64,000 nucleotides of DNA from Elusimicrobiota bacterium. Its GTDB lineage: Bacteria; Elusimicrobiota; Elusimicrobia; Elusimicrobiales; UBA9959. The stretch is taken from the NCBI GenBank assembly GCA_016208085.1, contig JACQYT010000030.1, positions 8,135 to 72,134 of the forward strand. The letters are read 5' to 3'. The notes beneath the pieces are model-generated. The model saw nothing but the letters and a program-made list of their open reading frames with translations, had not been told where the DNA came from and ran no database searches. A program made the translations under genes and the position numbers. Numbering within the stretch: position 1 is the first letter of the stretch; each line of letters starts with the position of its first letter. This document shows positions 38,061 to 48,587 of the stretch, piece after piece.

Positions 38061-38267
38061 CGGTCAATCCGCCCCGCGAATGCGGGGTGCGACAAAAGGA
38101 TTCCTTTCAGGAAAGGGGTTCAGCCGTCCTGGCCCCCGCCGAAAGGCGGGCTGGCCGACGGCGCCGACGAACGGGGAAAACCTGGGTTTTCCCCTTGGGG
38201 AGCACCGGCCCGGGTTTCTCTAGAGGGCCGGCGGTCAATCCGCCCCGCGAATGCGGGGTGCGACAAA
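38061..38267. repeat. 36-bp direct repeats enclosing a 135-bp hairpin-rich segment
   Basis: CGGTCAATCCGCCCCGCGAATGCGGGGTGCGACAAA at 38061-38096 and 38232-38267. Confidence 0.85.
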
Positions 38268-38268
38268 G

Positions 38269-38341
<73 letters not shown>

Positions 38342-38404
38342 TAAAATTTTAGAAGTCAGAAAGATATAAACGCTTCACGCTTTACCGGAATTACCGGAGG
38401 ACTG

Positions 38405-38935
38405 ATGCCCGCTGATTATTTTCCGTTGAAAGAAAACACCAGGTTTGAATACAAATATAAAAGCACCGAATTTGAAGGCCTCGCCAAGGTCTTTATCGAC
38501 ATAATGGAGATTATTAAAAAGCCCGGCAAGACCGTGGCCCTGGTCCAGATGATATTTGAGCTGCGCGATTCCCATACCAGCGAATACACCATAACAAAAG
38601 ACGCCAAGTGGCTTACCACGGCCAACGGGGTCATGGTCGGCGGCAGGCGCGAATTTCCCCTCCCCCCCGCCGAGGGACGCAAGTGGGACGAAAAACCGGA
38701 CGTGAACGAGATAGTCTCCATGTCGGATAAAGTTTCCATTATAGCCGGGAAATTCGCGAAATGCCTGAAAGTGGTCACCCGGCTTTCCGGCGGCAAGTCC
38801 GGCAAGTCCGTCCGCTACTACGCCCCCGGCGTAGGCTATATACTTGAGGAATACACGGGCGACGACAAGATCTGCGAGCTGGAGCTTGTTTCCATGGGCA
38901 GGATCCCCGTTCTGCCGGCTAAAAAAAGAAGATAA
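38405..38935 (+). CDS. Hypothetical beta-rich protein
   Basis: DYFPL start; AGKF..C.KV; YYAPGVG motifs; RBS GGAGG. Confidence 0.65.
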   Translation: MPADYFPLKENTRFEYKYKSTEFEGLAKVFIDIMEIIKKPGKTVALVQMIFELRDSHTSEYTITKDAKWLTTANGVMVGGRREFPLPPAEGRKWDEKPDVNEIVSMSDKVSIIAGKFAKCLKVVTRLSGGKSGKSVRYYAPGVGYILEEYTGDDKICELELVSMGRIPVLPAKKRR

Positions 38936-40338
38936 TGGCGACCCTTACCGTTAAAGAACTGCTTAAAAGCGCCGCGGCCGCCGGCGGGATCGCGGTGAAA
39001 GGCTGGATAAAGACCAGGCGCGATTTGAAAACTTTTTCCTTCGCCGAACTGAACGACGGATCCACCCGGGAAAACCTGCAGATAATCTTTGAAGCCGCCA
39101 ACGGCGACTTCACGGCCATACTCCCCAGGCTGGTCACCGGCGTAAGCGTCGCCGTCGCGGGCGAGCTGCTAGCGGCCCCCGCCGGCGCCAAGCAGAAATA
39201 CGAACTGCACGCCAAAAAGATCGAGCTTTGCGGCGAATGCGACCCCCAAAAATATCCCATCCAAAAGAAGAAGACGTCGGACGAGTTCCTGCGCACGGTG
39301 GCGCACCTGCGGCCCCGCACCAATAAATACGCTTCCATGCTGCGCATCCGTTCGGAGCTGGCCTTCGCGGTGCATAATTATTTCCGCAGTAACGGGTTTT
39401 TCTACGTCCATACGCCCATCCTGACGGGGTCAGACTGCGAAGGGGCGGGGCAGATGTTCAGCGCCACCAGCCTGGACCTGGGAAAGCTGGCCGCGCTCCC
39501 GAAGACGGAGAATGGCGAGATAGATTTTTCTAAAGATCTTTTCGGCAAAAAGACCTATCTTACCGTTTCGGGCCAGCTTGAGGGCGAAACCCTGGCTTTG
39601 GCCCTGGGCAAAATCTACACTTTCGGCCCCACCTTCCGGGCGGAAAATTCCAACACTTACAGGCATTGCGCCGAGTTCTGGATGATAGAGCCGGAGATGG
39701 CTTTTTATGAACTGGCGGACGACATGGACCTGGCCGAGGATTTCGTCAAGGGCATAACCCGCCACGTGCTTGATAACTGCCAGGAGGACCTTGACCTTTT
39801 CGCCAGATTCGTGGATACGGACCTGCCGGCTGCGCTCGCAAACGTCGCGGAGAATAAATACGAGCGCATAACGTATACCGACGCGGTAAAGCTGCTTGAA
39901 GCCGCGAACGACCGGTTTGAAGCCAAGATAAGATGGGGAGCGGACCTTTCTTCCGAGCATGAGCGGTTCCTGGTGGAAAATTACTTCAAAAAACCCACGA
40001 TCCTCTATAATAAGCCCAAAGAGGTGGCCGCTTTCTACATGAAACTCAACGACGACGGGAAGACCGTCAAGGGCATGGACCTGCTCGTTCCGAGGATAGG
40101 CGAGCTTATAGGCGGCAGCGAAAGGGAGAACCGCCTGGACGTGCTTGAGAAAAAAATGGCTGATTTTAAGATAGACCCGGCTGCCTACTGGTGGTATCTG
40201 GATCTCAGGCGCTACGGCTCGGCGCCGCACGCCGGTTTCGGGCTCGGCTTTGAAAGGATGATGATGCTGATAACGGGCATCTCCAATATCCGCGACGTGA
40301 CCGCCTACCCCCGGGTCCCCGGCTACGCGGAATTTTAA
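38935..40338 (+). CDS. asnS: Asparagine--tRNA ligase
   Basis: HLRPRTN; LTVSGQL; FRAENSNT; GELIGGS.RE; [11 protein letters not shown]. Confidence 0.96.
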   Translation: MATLTVKELLKSAAAAGGIAVKGWIKTRRDLKTFSFAELNDGSTRENLQIIFEAANGDFTAILPRLVTGVSVAVAGELLAAPAGAKQKYELHAKKIELCGECDPQKYPIQKKKTSDEFLRTVAHLRPRTNKYASMLRIRSELAFAVHNYFRSNGFFYVHTPILTGSDCEGAGQMFSATSLDLGKLAALPKTENGEIDFSKDLFGKKTYLTVSGQLEGETLALALGKIYTFGPTFRAENSNTYRHCAEFWMIEPEMAFYELADDMDLAEDFVKGITRHVLDNCQEDLDLFARFVDTDLPAALANVAENKYERITYTDAVKLLEAANDRFEAKIRWGADLSSEHERFLVENYFKKPTILYNKPKEVAAFYMKLNDDGKTVKGMDLLVPRIGELIGGSERENRLDVLEKKMADFKIDPAAYWWYLDLRRYGSAPHAGFGLGFERMMMLITGISNIRDVTAYPRVPGYAEF

Positions 40339-40383
40339 TCTCCATTCTGATGTCCGGTTTGACCGGAGACTCATGAGCCGAAT

Positions 40384-41847
40384 ATGGAAAACATATCTGC
40401 CGGAAAATCGCTTTCGCTGGTGGTCCCGTTCTATAACGAGGAGCGGGCGGTGGCTCATTTTTTTGAGAGCGTGGTTCCCGTCATGGACGCGCTGCCGGGC
40501 TGCGCTTATGAGTTTGTATGCGTCAACGACGGCAGCTCGGACTTAACACTGCAAAAGCTGCTGGCGGCAAAAGAGAAATACGGGGAACGCGTTAAGATTG
40601 TGGATCTTTCCAGGAATTTCGGCAAGGAAGCTGCGCTGACCGCCGGGATCGATTTTGCCGCCGGAGACGCCGTGATCCCGATAGATTGCGATTTGCAGGA
40701 CCCGGTAGAACTTATACCTGAATTGATCGGGAAGTGGGAAGAAGGGTATGAAGTGGTACTGGCGAAACGGACAGACAGAAGTTCCGACTCATACCTCAAG
40801 GCCTGTACCGCCGGGCTGTTTTACAGGCTGTTCAACACGGTTTCAGATACAGCTATCCCGGAAAATGTGGGCGATTTCCGGCTGATGTCCAGGAACGCCG
40901 TCGACGCCCTGAAGCGGCTGCCGGAAAGGCGCAGGTTCATGAAAGGACTGTTCGCCTGGATAGGTTTCCGCCAGGCGGTAGTCGAGTACAGCAGGAAGAG
41001 CCGCGTTTCCGGCAGGACGAAATTCACCTACCCTTGTTCCAGGGGGAGAGGGGCGGCCGGTCGCTCATTTAATTCTGCTTTTTATTTTCGGAGTGTCCGG
41101 AATATTCGCAAATCGGGCAGAAAAAATGGACGGGAAATCGTTGCTTCTCATGTCTTACCTGCTCGGCGTCCGTCTTACCTGCTCGGCGTCCAGGCGGCGA
41201 TCGCGCTGCCGGGCTGGTTCTATACGCAATATTACCAGCTTTGGCTGCCTTTCCTGGCGGTGGCCGGGGGGTGGGCGCTGGAATCCATTGAGTTTGCCCC
41301 GTTTAAACGGGCCCGGCGGCTCTCGGCCGTAGCGGGACTGGTTTTGGCCGCCGTCCTGCTCGGCGCTCAGCTCCCTTATTTCCGCCTTACCGCGGATGAA
41401 TGGTCGCGGAAGAAGTTCGGAAATGAATTTGCTTTAACCGACAAGGTCGGGCGTGAGCTAAAAGAACTCCTGCTGCCGGGAGAGTCTTTTTATGCCTGGG
41501 GGACTCAGCCCGGCCTTTATTTCAGCAGCGGCCTCCGCCCTCCTGTGGGGCTTTTTTATAATACGCCGGTAATATCGGGGCCGCAGCATGTCAAATTGTC
41601 GCGGCGCCTTCTTTCCGCCCTGGCTCAAAAACCCCCGGAATTGTTTATCGCGCTGAAATGGGAGTATGAGGGCCGCCGCCAGGGCAAACCTGTCCATCCG
41701 GTTTTATCCTGGGCGCTCGGCCATTACCGGAAATTCGAATGGGCCGGCCACCGCGGGGCCTTTGTGTTTTTCGCAAGGAGAGGCGGAATGCTGGAAAAAC
41801 GAATTCAGTCGGGGGCGCTGCCCGCCGGGTTTTTAAAAAGCGGTTGA
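40384..41847 (+). CDS. Chimeric ORF: GtrB-like GT2 N-terminus joined to the C-terminal part of a membrane glycosyltransferase
   Basis: VNDGSSD, SRNFGKEAA, D.DLQDP, GDFRLM up to GRTKF; out-of-frame linker; 20-bp tandem duplication 41152-41191; then TM/periplasmic segment. Confidence 0.65.
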   Translation: MENISAGKSLSLVVPFYNEERAVAHFFESVVPVMDALPGCAYEFVCVNDGSSDLTLQKLLAAKEKYGERVKIVDLSRNFGKEAALTAGIDFAAGDAVIPIDCDLQDPVELIPELIGKWEEGYEVVLAKRTDRSSDSYLKACTAGLFYRLFNTVSDTAIPENVGDFRLMSRNAVDALKRLPERRRFMKGLFAWIGFRQAVVEYSRKSRVSGRTKFTYPCSRGRGAAGRSFNSAFYFRSVRNIRKSGRKNGREIVASHVLPARRPSYLLGVQAAIALPGWFYTQYYQLWLPFLAVAGGWALESIEFAPFKRARRLSAVAGLVLAAVLLGAQLPYFRLTADEWSRKKFGNEFALTDKVGRELKELLLPGESFYAWGTQPGLYFSSGLRPPVGLFYNTPVISGPQHVKLSRRLLSALAQKPPELFIALKWEYEGRRQGKPVHPVLSWALGHYRKFEWAGHRGAFVFFARRGGMLEKRIQSGALPAGFLKSG

Positions 41848-41910
41848 ACTCCCCCAACACTATATATTCTATAATTTTGCCAAGTATTCTGTTCGCTCTA
41901 TGGAGAAATT

Positions 41911-42465
41911 ATGGAAAGAGAAAAAGCTTTTAAACTTCTGAAGACCCATGTCAAAAACGAAAACCTGATCAAGCATTGCCTCGCCACGGAAGCCATCATG
42001 CGCGTCCTGGCGCTGAAGCTGGGCGGCGACCAGGAGAAATGGGGCGTGACAGGTCTGCTGCACGATATAGACGTGGAGCTGACCGCCGGCGATCTGAAGA
42101 AACATACTCTTGAGGCGGAGAAGATCCTGCGCGAGCATGACTGCGCCGCGGACATCATAGAGGCGGTAAAAATGCACAACGAGGCTGCCTCGGAGAAAAA
42201 AAGGGAAGAGCGCTTTCACAAGGCGCTGGCCGCCGGGGAAACCATTACCGGGCTTATCATAGCCACGGCGCTGGTATATCCGGATAAAAAGCTGGCCGGC
42301 GTGAAACCCTCGTCCATCGTAAAGCGGATGAAGGACAAAAGGTTCGCGGCCGGAGTGGACAGAAACATCGTAATGGAATGCGAACAGCTGGGCATCCCGC
42401 TTGCGGAGTTCGCGGAGCTGGCGCTGAACGCCATGCGCGGCATCTCCGGCGAGCTGGGGCTTTAG
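41911..42465 (+). CDS. HDIG-domain metal-dependent hydrolase
   Basis: KHC; GLLHDID; HN; FAAGVDR. Confidence 0.85.
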   Translation: MEREKAFKLLKTHVKNENLIKHCLATEAIMRVLALKLGGDQEKWGVTGLLHDIDVELTAGDLKKHTLEAEKILREHDCAADIIEAVKMHNEAASEKKREERFHKALAAGETITGLIIATALVYPDKKLAGVKPSSIVKRMKDKRFAAGVDRNIVMECEQLGIPLAEFAELALNAMRGISGELGL

Positions 42466-42741
42466 GAGCCTCCGCAGAATAACTTGCACATTTGGCTGAC
42501 CGATTTTGGGCTGCAACAAGGAACGAGGAGCGCGGCGTACCATTGGTACGTAAGCGACGAGTGACGCAGGTGCAGCCCAAAAGCGGTCAGCCCCCGCGCC
42601 GACGGCGCGGGGGAGGCACATCTTTGGCCGGCTGCTGCGTTGCTCCTCCTCAATGTAGCCAAGCTACACCATCGTCGTCGCGCCTTGCATCCGACTCAAA
42701 GCTGTGCCTCCAAATGTGCAAGTTATTCTGCGGAGGCTCCT
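42464..42741. repeat. Miniature inverted-repeat structured element, family B copy 2
   Basis: Perfect ~32-bp terminal IR; TTA on both flanks; fills the space between convergent genes. Confidence 0.85.
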
Positions 42742-43688
42742 TAATGTCTCAAGATGCCCGGCCGGCACGCCTTGTTCAGCTCAGAGATGTCTATACCGCT
42801 CGCTTTCAGATTCCCACCCGCGACTATCTTGTACATGACGGCTTCTGGGCCGGGAAGGTGGGCAAGCCCCAGCGCGTGGCCCATCTCGTGCGCAAGAAGG
42901 CGCGTCAGCTGCATACGGTCGGTATAGCTGTAGATGTCTATCTCCTGTATTCCCCAATAAATCCGGTAATAGCCCGCTTCATAGCTACCCAGGGCCGCGC
43001 CCGCGCGGTTGTACTGCGCGACGTTTAAATTAAGCTGTACGATGAACTGGTTAAGCGCTGTCGCGAGCGCGTTCAGGGTATCTATATGCGCGTTCACGTT
43101 AGCCTCCAGCGCGTTAATACCCGCGAGTTCGCGCCCCAGCGCCGTTCTCCCGGACTCGAGCCGCCTGTATTCCGCCGCCGATCCACCCTGGTTCCAGCGC
43201 CGCATCGCGGCGTTGAAAGTGGCTTCGCGGCGCTTGTAGGCGGTCAATTTAACCGTATTCCTCGCCTGGTCGGAATCCACCTGCGCTAAGAGCGCGTTGT
43301 ACCGCGCTTTCAGGGCTTCGTAGGACGCCTGGCCCTGGTCGGTCCGGATACCCATCGCCTTAAGCTTATCGGCCGCGGCCTGGCGGTTGTCGTAGATTAG
43401 ATTGACCGTAATATCGCCGCCGATGCGCGTATATTCAAAAAGATCCCAGCGCGCCGGTTTTTCCCAGACCGCTTCGGCGTTTTTCAGGTCATCGGCAAGC
43501 GTGTCTGCCGGGATGCGGAAACGGGGGTCGATATAGCCTATTGAATAGGTGATAGGGGCCGTGCAGGGCGCCGCCTTCCTGCCAACCACGCGCGCCATCG
43601 CGCGGAGCCGCGCTTTATTCGGGTATACCGCGTACCACGCGCCTGCAAGGAGCGCCATGGTCAGTATCCCGCCGATAAACCTCAGCAT
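42741..43688 (-). CDS. Matrixin-family (M10) zinc metalloprotease with coiled-coil insertion
   Basis: HEMGHALGLAH + Met-turn AVMY; N-terminal TM. Confidence 0.85.
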   Translation of the reverse strand: MLRFIGGILTMALLAGAWYAVYPNKARLRAMARVVGRKAAPCTAPITYSIGYIDPRFRIPADTLADDLKNAEAVWEKPARWDLFEYTRIGGDITVNLIYDNRQAAADKLKAMGIRTDQGQASYEALKARYNALLAQVDSDQARNTVKLTAYKRREATFNAAMRRWNQGGSAAEYRRLESGRTALGRELAGINALEANVNAHIDTLNALATALNQFIVQLNLNVAQYNRAGAALGSYEAGYYRIYWGIQEIDIYSYTDRMQLTRLLAHEMGHALGLAHLPGPEAVMYKIVAGGNLKASGIDISELNKACRPGILRH

Positions 43689-43860
43689 AACTCAATTATA
43701 CCTTTGTCAGGGCGGGCAGTGTCGGACTCCAGGGTTAAAGCGTTCGTAGTGCCCACCTGCAAATAGGTCCAAAAGAAACGCGGTGTTAGGCCCTTATTCA
43801 CTGCCGATTTTCGCGAAGAACTGGTAAATTATAACAGCAGGTATTCAAGGAGACCGCACA

Positions 43861-45573
43861 ATGTTTAAAAGAGTATTCATAAGCGCGGCAGTCATCCTCT
43901 CCCTTTTCCCCCGTTGCGCCGTATCCCTTCAGCTTGAAGCCATGAACGCCTCCGACATAAGCGGCGCCCTGTATCTCGCGGTCCCGGCGGTCCAAGCGCC
44001 GGCTTTCCCGGCGGCGGACGCTAAAGCTCCCCGGTACGGCAACTACTACCTGGACGAGAACAGCTATGACCCGCTGCTCACGCGCAGCCTGCCGTCTTTG
44101 CAGAAAATAAACGTCATAGGCGGCGACATAAACATCCCCGGCGCAGACAGCGGCTTGAATTTCGCCCGCAAATACCGCCAGGCGGCTTACCAGGTATACG
44201 ACCTCCAGAGCGACGTGGCGCTCACGGTCTACACCAAGAGTATTCCCAAAACCCTGTTCCGGGTGCTTTTCGGCGTCGTGGAGGATAACGGCGCCACCAG
44301 CGGCGGCACCTACGGCGACATAAACCCGGTGGCGCCGGATACGCAGGACCCGGTCATCGCGCTGCCTACCGAGGCGGAGATAATGGCGCAGGAGATACCG
44401 CAGGATGAAAAGGACCGCCTGCTGCTCAGCTTGAAGAACTCAAAGCTTATGCTGGAGGGGCGCGTAAACCCCTTCCGGGTCAAAGAAATGGTAAAGATGC
44501 TTACCCAGATAATGAAAGAGGAAATGGATGCCAACGGCATTACGCCGCAGTTCGGCGTGCCGCATGCCTGGAGCCCGGAATTCACGGCTTACTGCAAGGC
44601 GACGGGCGAAATGATCCCGCTGACTTTCACAAAGCTGCTGACGGCCCTCGCCTCGGGCGTCACCTCGCGCCACTTCAAGACGGGCAAAGAGAACGACCTT
44701 GTAAATTACATCCTCTCCCGTCCCGACGGCAGCGTCACCCTGGACGAGGCTTTTCACCGGAGCTACGTCTTGAACAGCGGCGAAGTCTATCTGACCATCC
44801 TCACCATAGAGAACATCCTTTCCGATTACTGGAGACATCCGCAGCGCGACCAGTTGGCCGTCACGCGCAAACTCGCGAACATCTCCAATTTTTATCAGGG
44901 CAAGGGCGACAAGTACGGCGCGTGGTACCATTTCCACGGCATCATGCTTTACGGCTATGTCAGGGGCGGCCTGCGGGCCTATATCGTGGGCAATATAGAG
45001 AGCGCGGGCTCGCACGTCCTTTCCCCCGGCGTGAACGAACAGCAGGAAGATTACGTCAATTCCACCGGCGGCAGAATAGGCGCGAAGGCCGCCAGGGCAG
45101 TAAAGAACCGGGATTACCTGACCTTCACGGCGGACCGCAACTACCGCGACCCTGAAGTCTATCTGAACCTGCGCGAGGATTTCCGCGACAGGATAGAAAT
45201 AATACAAAGCCGCAAGTTCCAGGGCGACCTCTCCGATTCCAGGCTCTGGCTGAAACCCCTGGGCGGCGATTACGCCGGCTGCAGGGTGGAGATAATCTAC
45301 TCCGACTCAGGCGGCGGGCTTAATTCCGAATACAAGCGCGTCATGGAGGCCGTGGATTTCCGCAGCGGCAAATCCAAGCCGTTTTATCTCAGCAGCGCCG
45401 GCCCCGTAAAAAAAGCCAGAGCTTTCATCGCCTGTCCCGGCCTGGCCGAGCAGGCCCTGGACTCCGACGACCCCTGGGCGGATATGAGTAACTCCGCCAG
45501 GCGCGGCGCGCCGGCCCCTCCGGAAACAGCCCCAACGCATTACCGTCCAGAACAGCTGGTTCAGGCCAAATGA
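43861..45573 (+). CDS. Secreted hypothetical protein
   Basis: 570-aa ORF, signal peptide, RBS AGGAG, host-like codon usage. Confidence 0.7.
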   Translation: MFKRVFISAAVILSLFPRCAVSLQLEAMNASDISGALYLAVPAVQAPAFPAADAKAPRYGNYYLDENSYDPLLTRSLPSLQKINVIGGDINIPGADSGLNFARKYRQAAYQVYDLQSDVALTVYTKSIPKTLFRVLFGVVEDNGATSGGTYGDINPVAPDTQDPVIALPTEAEIMAQEIPQDEKDRLLLSLKNSKLMLEGRVNPFRVKEMVKMLTQIMKEEMDANGITPQFGVPHAWSPEFTAYCKATGEMIPLTFTKLLTALASGVTSRHFKTGKENDLVNYILSRPDGSVTLDEAFHRSYVLNSGEVYLTILTIENILSDYWRHPQRDQLAVTRKLANISNFYQGKGDKYGAWYHFHGIMLYGYVRGGLRAYIVGNIESAGSHVLSPGVNEQQEDYVNSTGGRIGAKAARAVKNRDYLTFTADRNYRDPEVYLNLREDFRDRIEIIQSRKFQGDLSDSRLWLKPLGGDYAGCRVEIIYSDSGGGLNSEYKRVMEAVDFRSGKSKPFYLSSAGPVKKARAFIACPGLAEQALDSDDPWADMSNSARRGAPAPPETAPTHYRPEQLVQAK

Positions 45574-46330
45574 TTAAAAGACGTATTCTGAACACCGGGG
45601 ATGATGGCCTTTTGCGACACCGGCCCACGCAGACCTTGACATTCTGGTTAACCGGTTAAGAGTTTTTTCTGTGGGGAATATGAGGAAGAAAACCGTTTCA
45701 ATAATATTTGCGGTTATCACCGCGTTCAGCGTTATTCTGCCGCACGCTCCCAAAATAATTCCGGAAGGAAACTCCCTCATAGCCGCCGCGGCCGTTGCGG
45801 CAACTTTATCCATCCCGTCAAAATCAATGGCGGCCATTATGCCAGCGCGCATAGTGCAACTCGCCGTCGCCATGCCGCAAAGGTGTGAGGCCGGCGTCAT
45901 GGAGCAGCTTTGTTCCTCGGTCACCAGTTTCCTGAATGACGAGGCCGCCAGGGCCGATACCGCGTTAAAAAACTGCACTAAAAACTGCGGCTGGAAAAAA
46001 CGGAAAGACGACCTGATAGACGCCGCCCGGAAAAAGGCCAAAGAGTCCTGCGCCAGGGGCGAGGCCCCGGATATCAACGAGGTGAGTAAAGGGCTTGACG
46101 GGAACACCAAGGCAAAACTTAAAAATTTATATGACAGTAACAGCCGGATGTTCGATGGCTCGGCCAAGCTCACCGCCAAGGACTTTGATGTAAAATCCAA
46201 CCAATCCCCCGCGTTAACCGGTAAAAGCGGCCAGGTCACCGACCTTAAAACCGCCGAGTCGGCCACCCCCAAGTTAAACATCGCATCCGAGTTCGGCCTG
46301 AGCGGCACAAAGCTATCCGGGGAACTACCG
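45557..46330 (+). repeat. Long inverted repeat arm (leader + conserved N-terminus), partner of ~52805-53601
   Basis: Near-identical from TGGTTCAGGCCAAATG through ~46180, patchy beyond; right boundary approximate. Confidence 0.85.
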
Positions 46331-47074
46331 GCCCCGGCAAAACAAAACGCCGTGTTGCCAGCTTCTGCGTCGCCGGCAAAGACTTCGGCCGATACGGCTT
46401 CCGTATTGCCGGCGAAATCCACGTTTGACACTGCCGCATCCGCAAATAATGCCCTTTCGCTGCAAAAAGCCGTGGCGGCTTCGGATCCGATAATTCCGAT
46501 GGTGAGGGAATGCAAGTGTTACTACGGCGGCTTATTTCTGGAGGTTGGGGAGGCGGAGACAAAATGCTGCGTGAACGGAACGCCGGTCGCAAAGTGCGGC
46601 AGCGCATGTTGGAATCCCGTGGTGGAATGCTGTCAAGACGGCAAGGTCTATCCGGGAAAAACTTTATATCTTGGAAAATGCATGACCATATGCGAGGCCA
46701 TTCTAGGGCGCATCGGGAGAATAAATACATATATTGGCAAGTGGGAGGCAGATCCCAATTATACTATAGAAGGCGATCCGAATACTGCGGTAGTAACAAC
46801 ATATGCTGAAACATTTTGCCGGACACTTAAAGGGCCAGAAATAAAGTTCTATGAAGCGTTTTATAGCTTGGACCCTGAATTACAAAAAGCAATAACAGTA
46901 CATGAGAATGTGCATGCGGGGCAATGTAAGCCATATACGTTTCTCAGGATAACTTATTACGGGAAGGACAAAGAACTAAGCGAAAAGGGTGGCATCGGTC
47001 CTTTTGAAATACCAGCACATGAGGCAGAAAAGAGGATTCTGGAAACCTCCGCAGATAAATTACACTGTCAATAA
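45680..47074 (+). CDS. Cys-rich secreted protein with HExxH tip (copy A; putative polymorphic effector)
   Basis: Signal peptide; conserved N domain; A/S/T linker; CC..G...CG..C.NP..ECC.DGK repeats; HENVH...E.PA...E. Confidence 0.75.
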   Translation: MRKKTVSIIFAVITAFSVILPHAPKIIPEGNSLIAAAAVAATLSIPSKSMAAIMPARIVQLAVAMPQRCEAGVMEQLCSSVTSFLNDEAARADTALKNCTKNCGWKKRKDDLIDAARKKAKESCARGEAPDINEVSKGLDGNTKAKLKNLYDSNSRMFDGSAKLTAKDFDVKSNQSPALTGKSGQVTDLKTAESATPKLNIASEFGLSGTKLSGELPAPAKQNAVLPASASPAKTSADTASVLPAKSTFDTAASANNALSLQKAVAASDPIIPMVRECKCYYGGLFLEVGEAETKCCVNGTPVAKCGSACWNPVVECCQDGKVYPGKTLYLGKCMTICEAILGRIGRINTYIGKWEADPNYTIEGDPNTAVVTTYAETFCRTLKGPEIKFYEAFYSLDPELQKAITVHENVHAGQCKPYTFLRITYYGKDKELSEKGGIGPFEIPAHEAEKRILETSADKLHCQ

Positions 47075-47085
47075 AGGCAAGCAAT

Positions 47086-47535
47086 ATGAAGATTTGCACA
47101 TATGTAGTTGTTTTCGCAATGATGGCCGTAATGGTGTTGATTGTTCCGTATATCATAACGGTATTCAGTCGCTTTAATAAAGACAAGGTTTCGGCTTGGC
47201 GCCGATTTTTCATGATTGTTTCTGTTTGCTACCTTCCGTTTCCTATAGTTCTGGCAGTGGTCCATGCTCATAACCCGTTGATTTTAAATTTTTCCGACCA
47301 TTTACTTAGAACATTATTTCTGGTCTACTATCTAGCCTATCTAATGTCAGGCAGTTTTATTAAGACCTGGCTCAGTCTCCAATTGCGTTTGCGGACATTT
47401 GTAGTTCTAAGCACTATATTTTATCTGATAGCCACACTCATTCTTCCGGTGATATTTTATCTTTGTGGGGATCCGCTTTGTGATATTCTTTCAGTAAGAA
47501 TAGGTGTGCCGACTGCCGATATAATAGAAAAATAA
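47086..47535 (+). CDS. 4-TM membrane protein (candidate immunity A)
   Basis: AT-rich; paralog of 51432-51863 (PYIIT...FNK....WR.F..I.S.CYLP; GD.LC.I). Confidence 0.7.
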   Translation: MKICTYVVVFAMMAVMVLIVPYIITVFSRFNKDKVSAWRRFFMIVSVCYLPFPIVLAVVHAHNPLILNFSDHLLRTLFLVYYLAYLMSGSFIKTWLSLQLRLRTFVVLSTIFYLIATLILPVIFYLCGDPLCDILSVRIGVPTADIIEK

Positions 47536-47736
47536 GTTTGTCATGTCGGTATTATCGATTATTCGGAGATAAAAGACGCCGTCAAATCCCTGACGAATTT
47601 AACGCTTACGAACGCAGTCAAAATGGCGCTGTCTTCGGCCGGCAGACGCGAAATTACAATAGCGGAGGGATCCGTCGATCTGGCCCGGGCAAAAGCCGAC
47701 GACTCCTGGAATACCGCCGAATCCCGTGGAGTTGCG

Positions 47737-48489
47737 ATGAAACGCATAAAAAAAATCATTCCCGTGCTGCTTAGCGCTCCTGTCTGCGCATTTATCCTCC
47801 TTCTTTTAATCGGGGTTTTTGCCACACCAGACCGGGAGAATATAGAGGACCGGGTCCTGGAAAATGTGAAAATTGATTGTGACATTTTGGATTTAAGCGA
47901 CATCGTATAGTATTATTACAAAATCCCCATTATGGTGGAAGTCGGCGGCGGGCGCCATGACGGTTCGGAAAAGATTTCTTATTCAACCCCAAAAACAACG
48001 GCGCGGGAACTATTGGACGCAGTCGTTCCTAAAAACTCTTTCGTGTGGCGAGCGGAAGGGGATGTTATTCATATTATTTCAAAATCACTGGCCACGCGGT
48101 CCGATTATCAATTAAATGCCACCATTGAACGATTTTCTGAGAGAGGGGATTATAACAGCCTGATTCTGAAAGCGCTGGAACAAGTGCAACAGCGTAATTT
48201 CCCGGAACCAGTTCTTTTTGAGCCGTTCTCATATAAGGATTGGAATATTAAAAAACAGTTATGCCCGTTTAAAGTCAAGGCGCGCAATACAACGCTCAGG
48301 CAGCTGTTGGACCAGATCGCTTTAAAAGGGGGGATACTATATTCGGTTAGGCGGCTCCAAAACAACGGACTGCTCCGAAACACTAACTGCGCATACTATT
48401 TCTGGCTGCCTTTGACAGAAGATGGAATAGGCGGCTTAAGTCCGATCAATGATCCGTCCGAACCGGAACCGCCCTGCCCGAAGATTTAA
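47737..48489 (+). pseudogene. Exported protein with STN-like repeats, interrupted by in-frame TAG at 47908-47910
   Basis: ORFs 47623-47910 and 47932-48489 share one frame; T.RELLDA and TLRQLLDQIA motifs; signal peptide from ATG 47737. Confidence 0.6.
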
Positions 48490-48587
48490 ACATTAACGCG
48501 CCCTCACCGGTCTCGCCAAAGAAAAATCCGCTGGTTGAAATAAGCATTTAGCCACCACCACGCCCAAAAATCAAAAAATATCGCTGG

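Noticed and set aside
39430-40458. Long antisense ORFs (also 27006-27884, 60304-61149, 45574-46515, 52909-53691)
   Set aside because: Shadows of GC-rich coding strands with no recognisable motifs.
47908-47910. Recoded TAG (pyrrolysine or alternative genetic code)
   Set aside because: TAG is used as a normal stop by several intact genes here and no pyl genes are present; a nonsense mutation is simpler.
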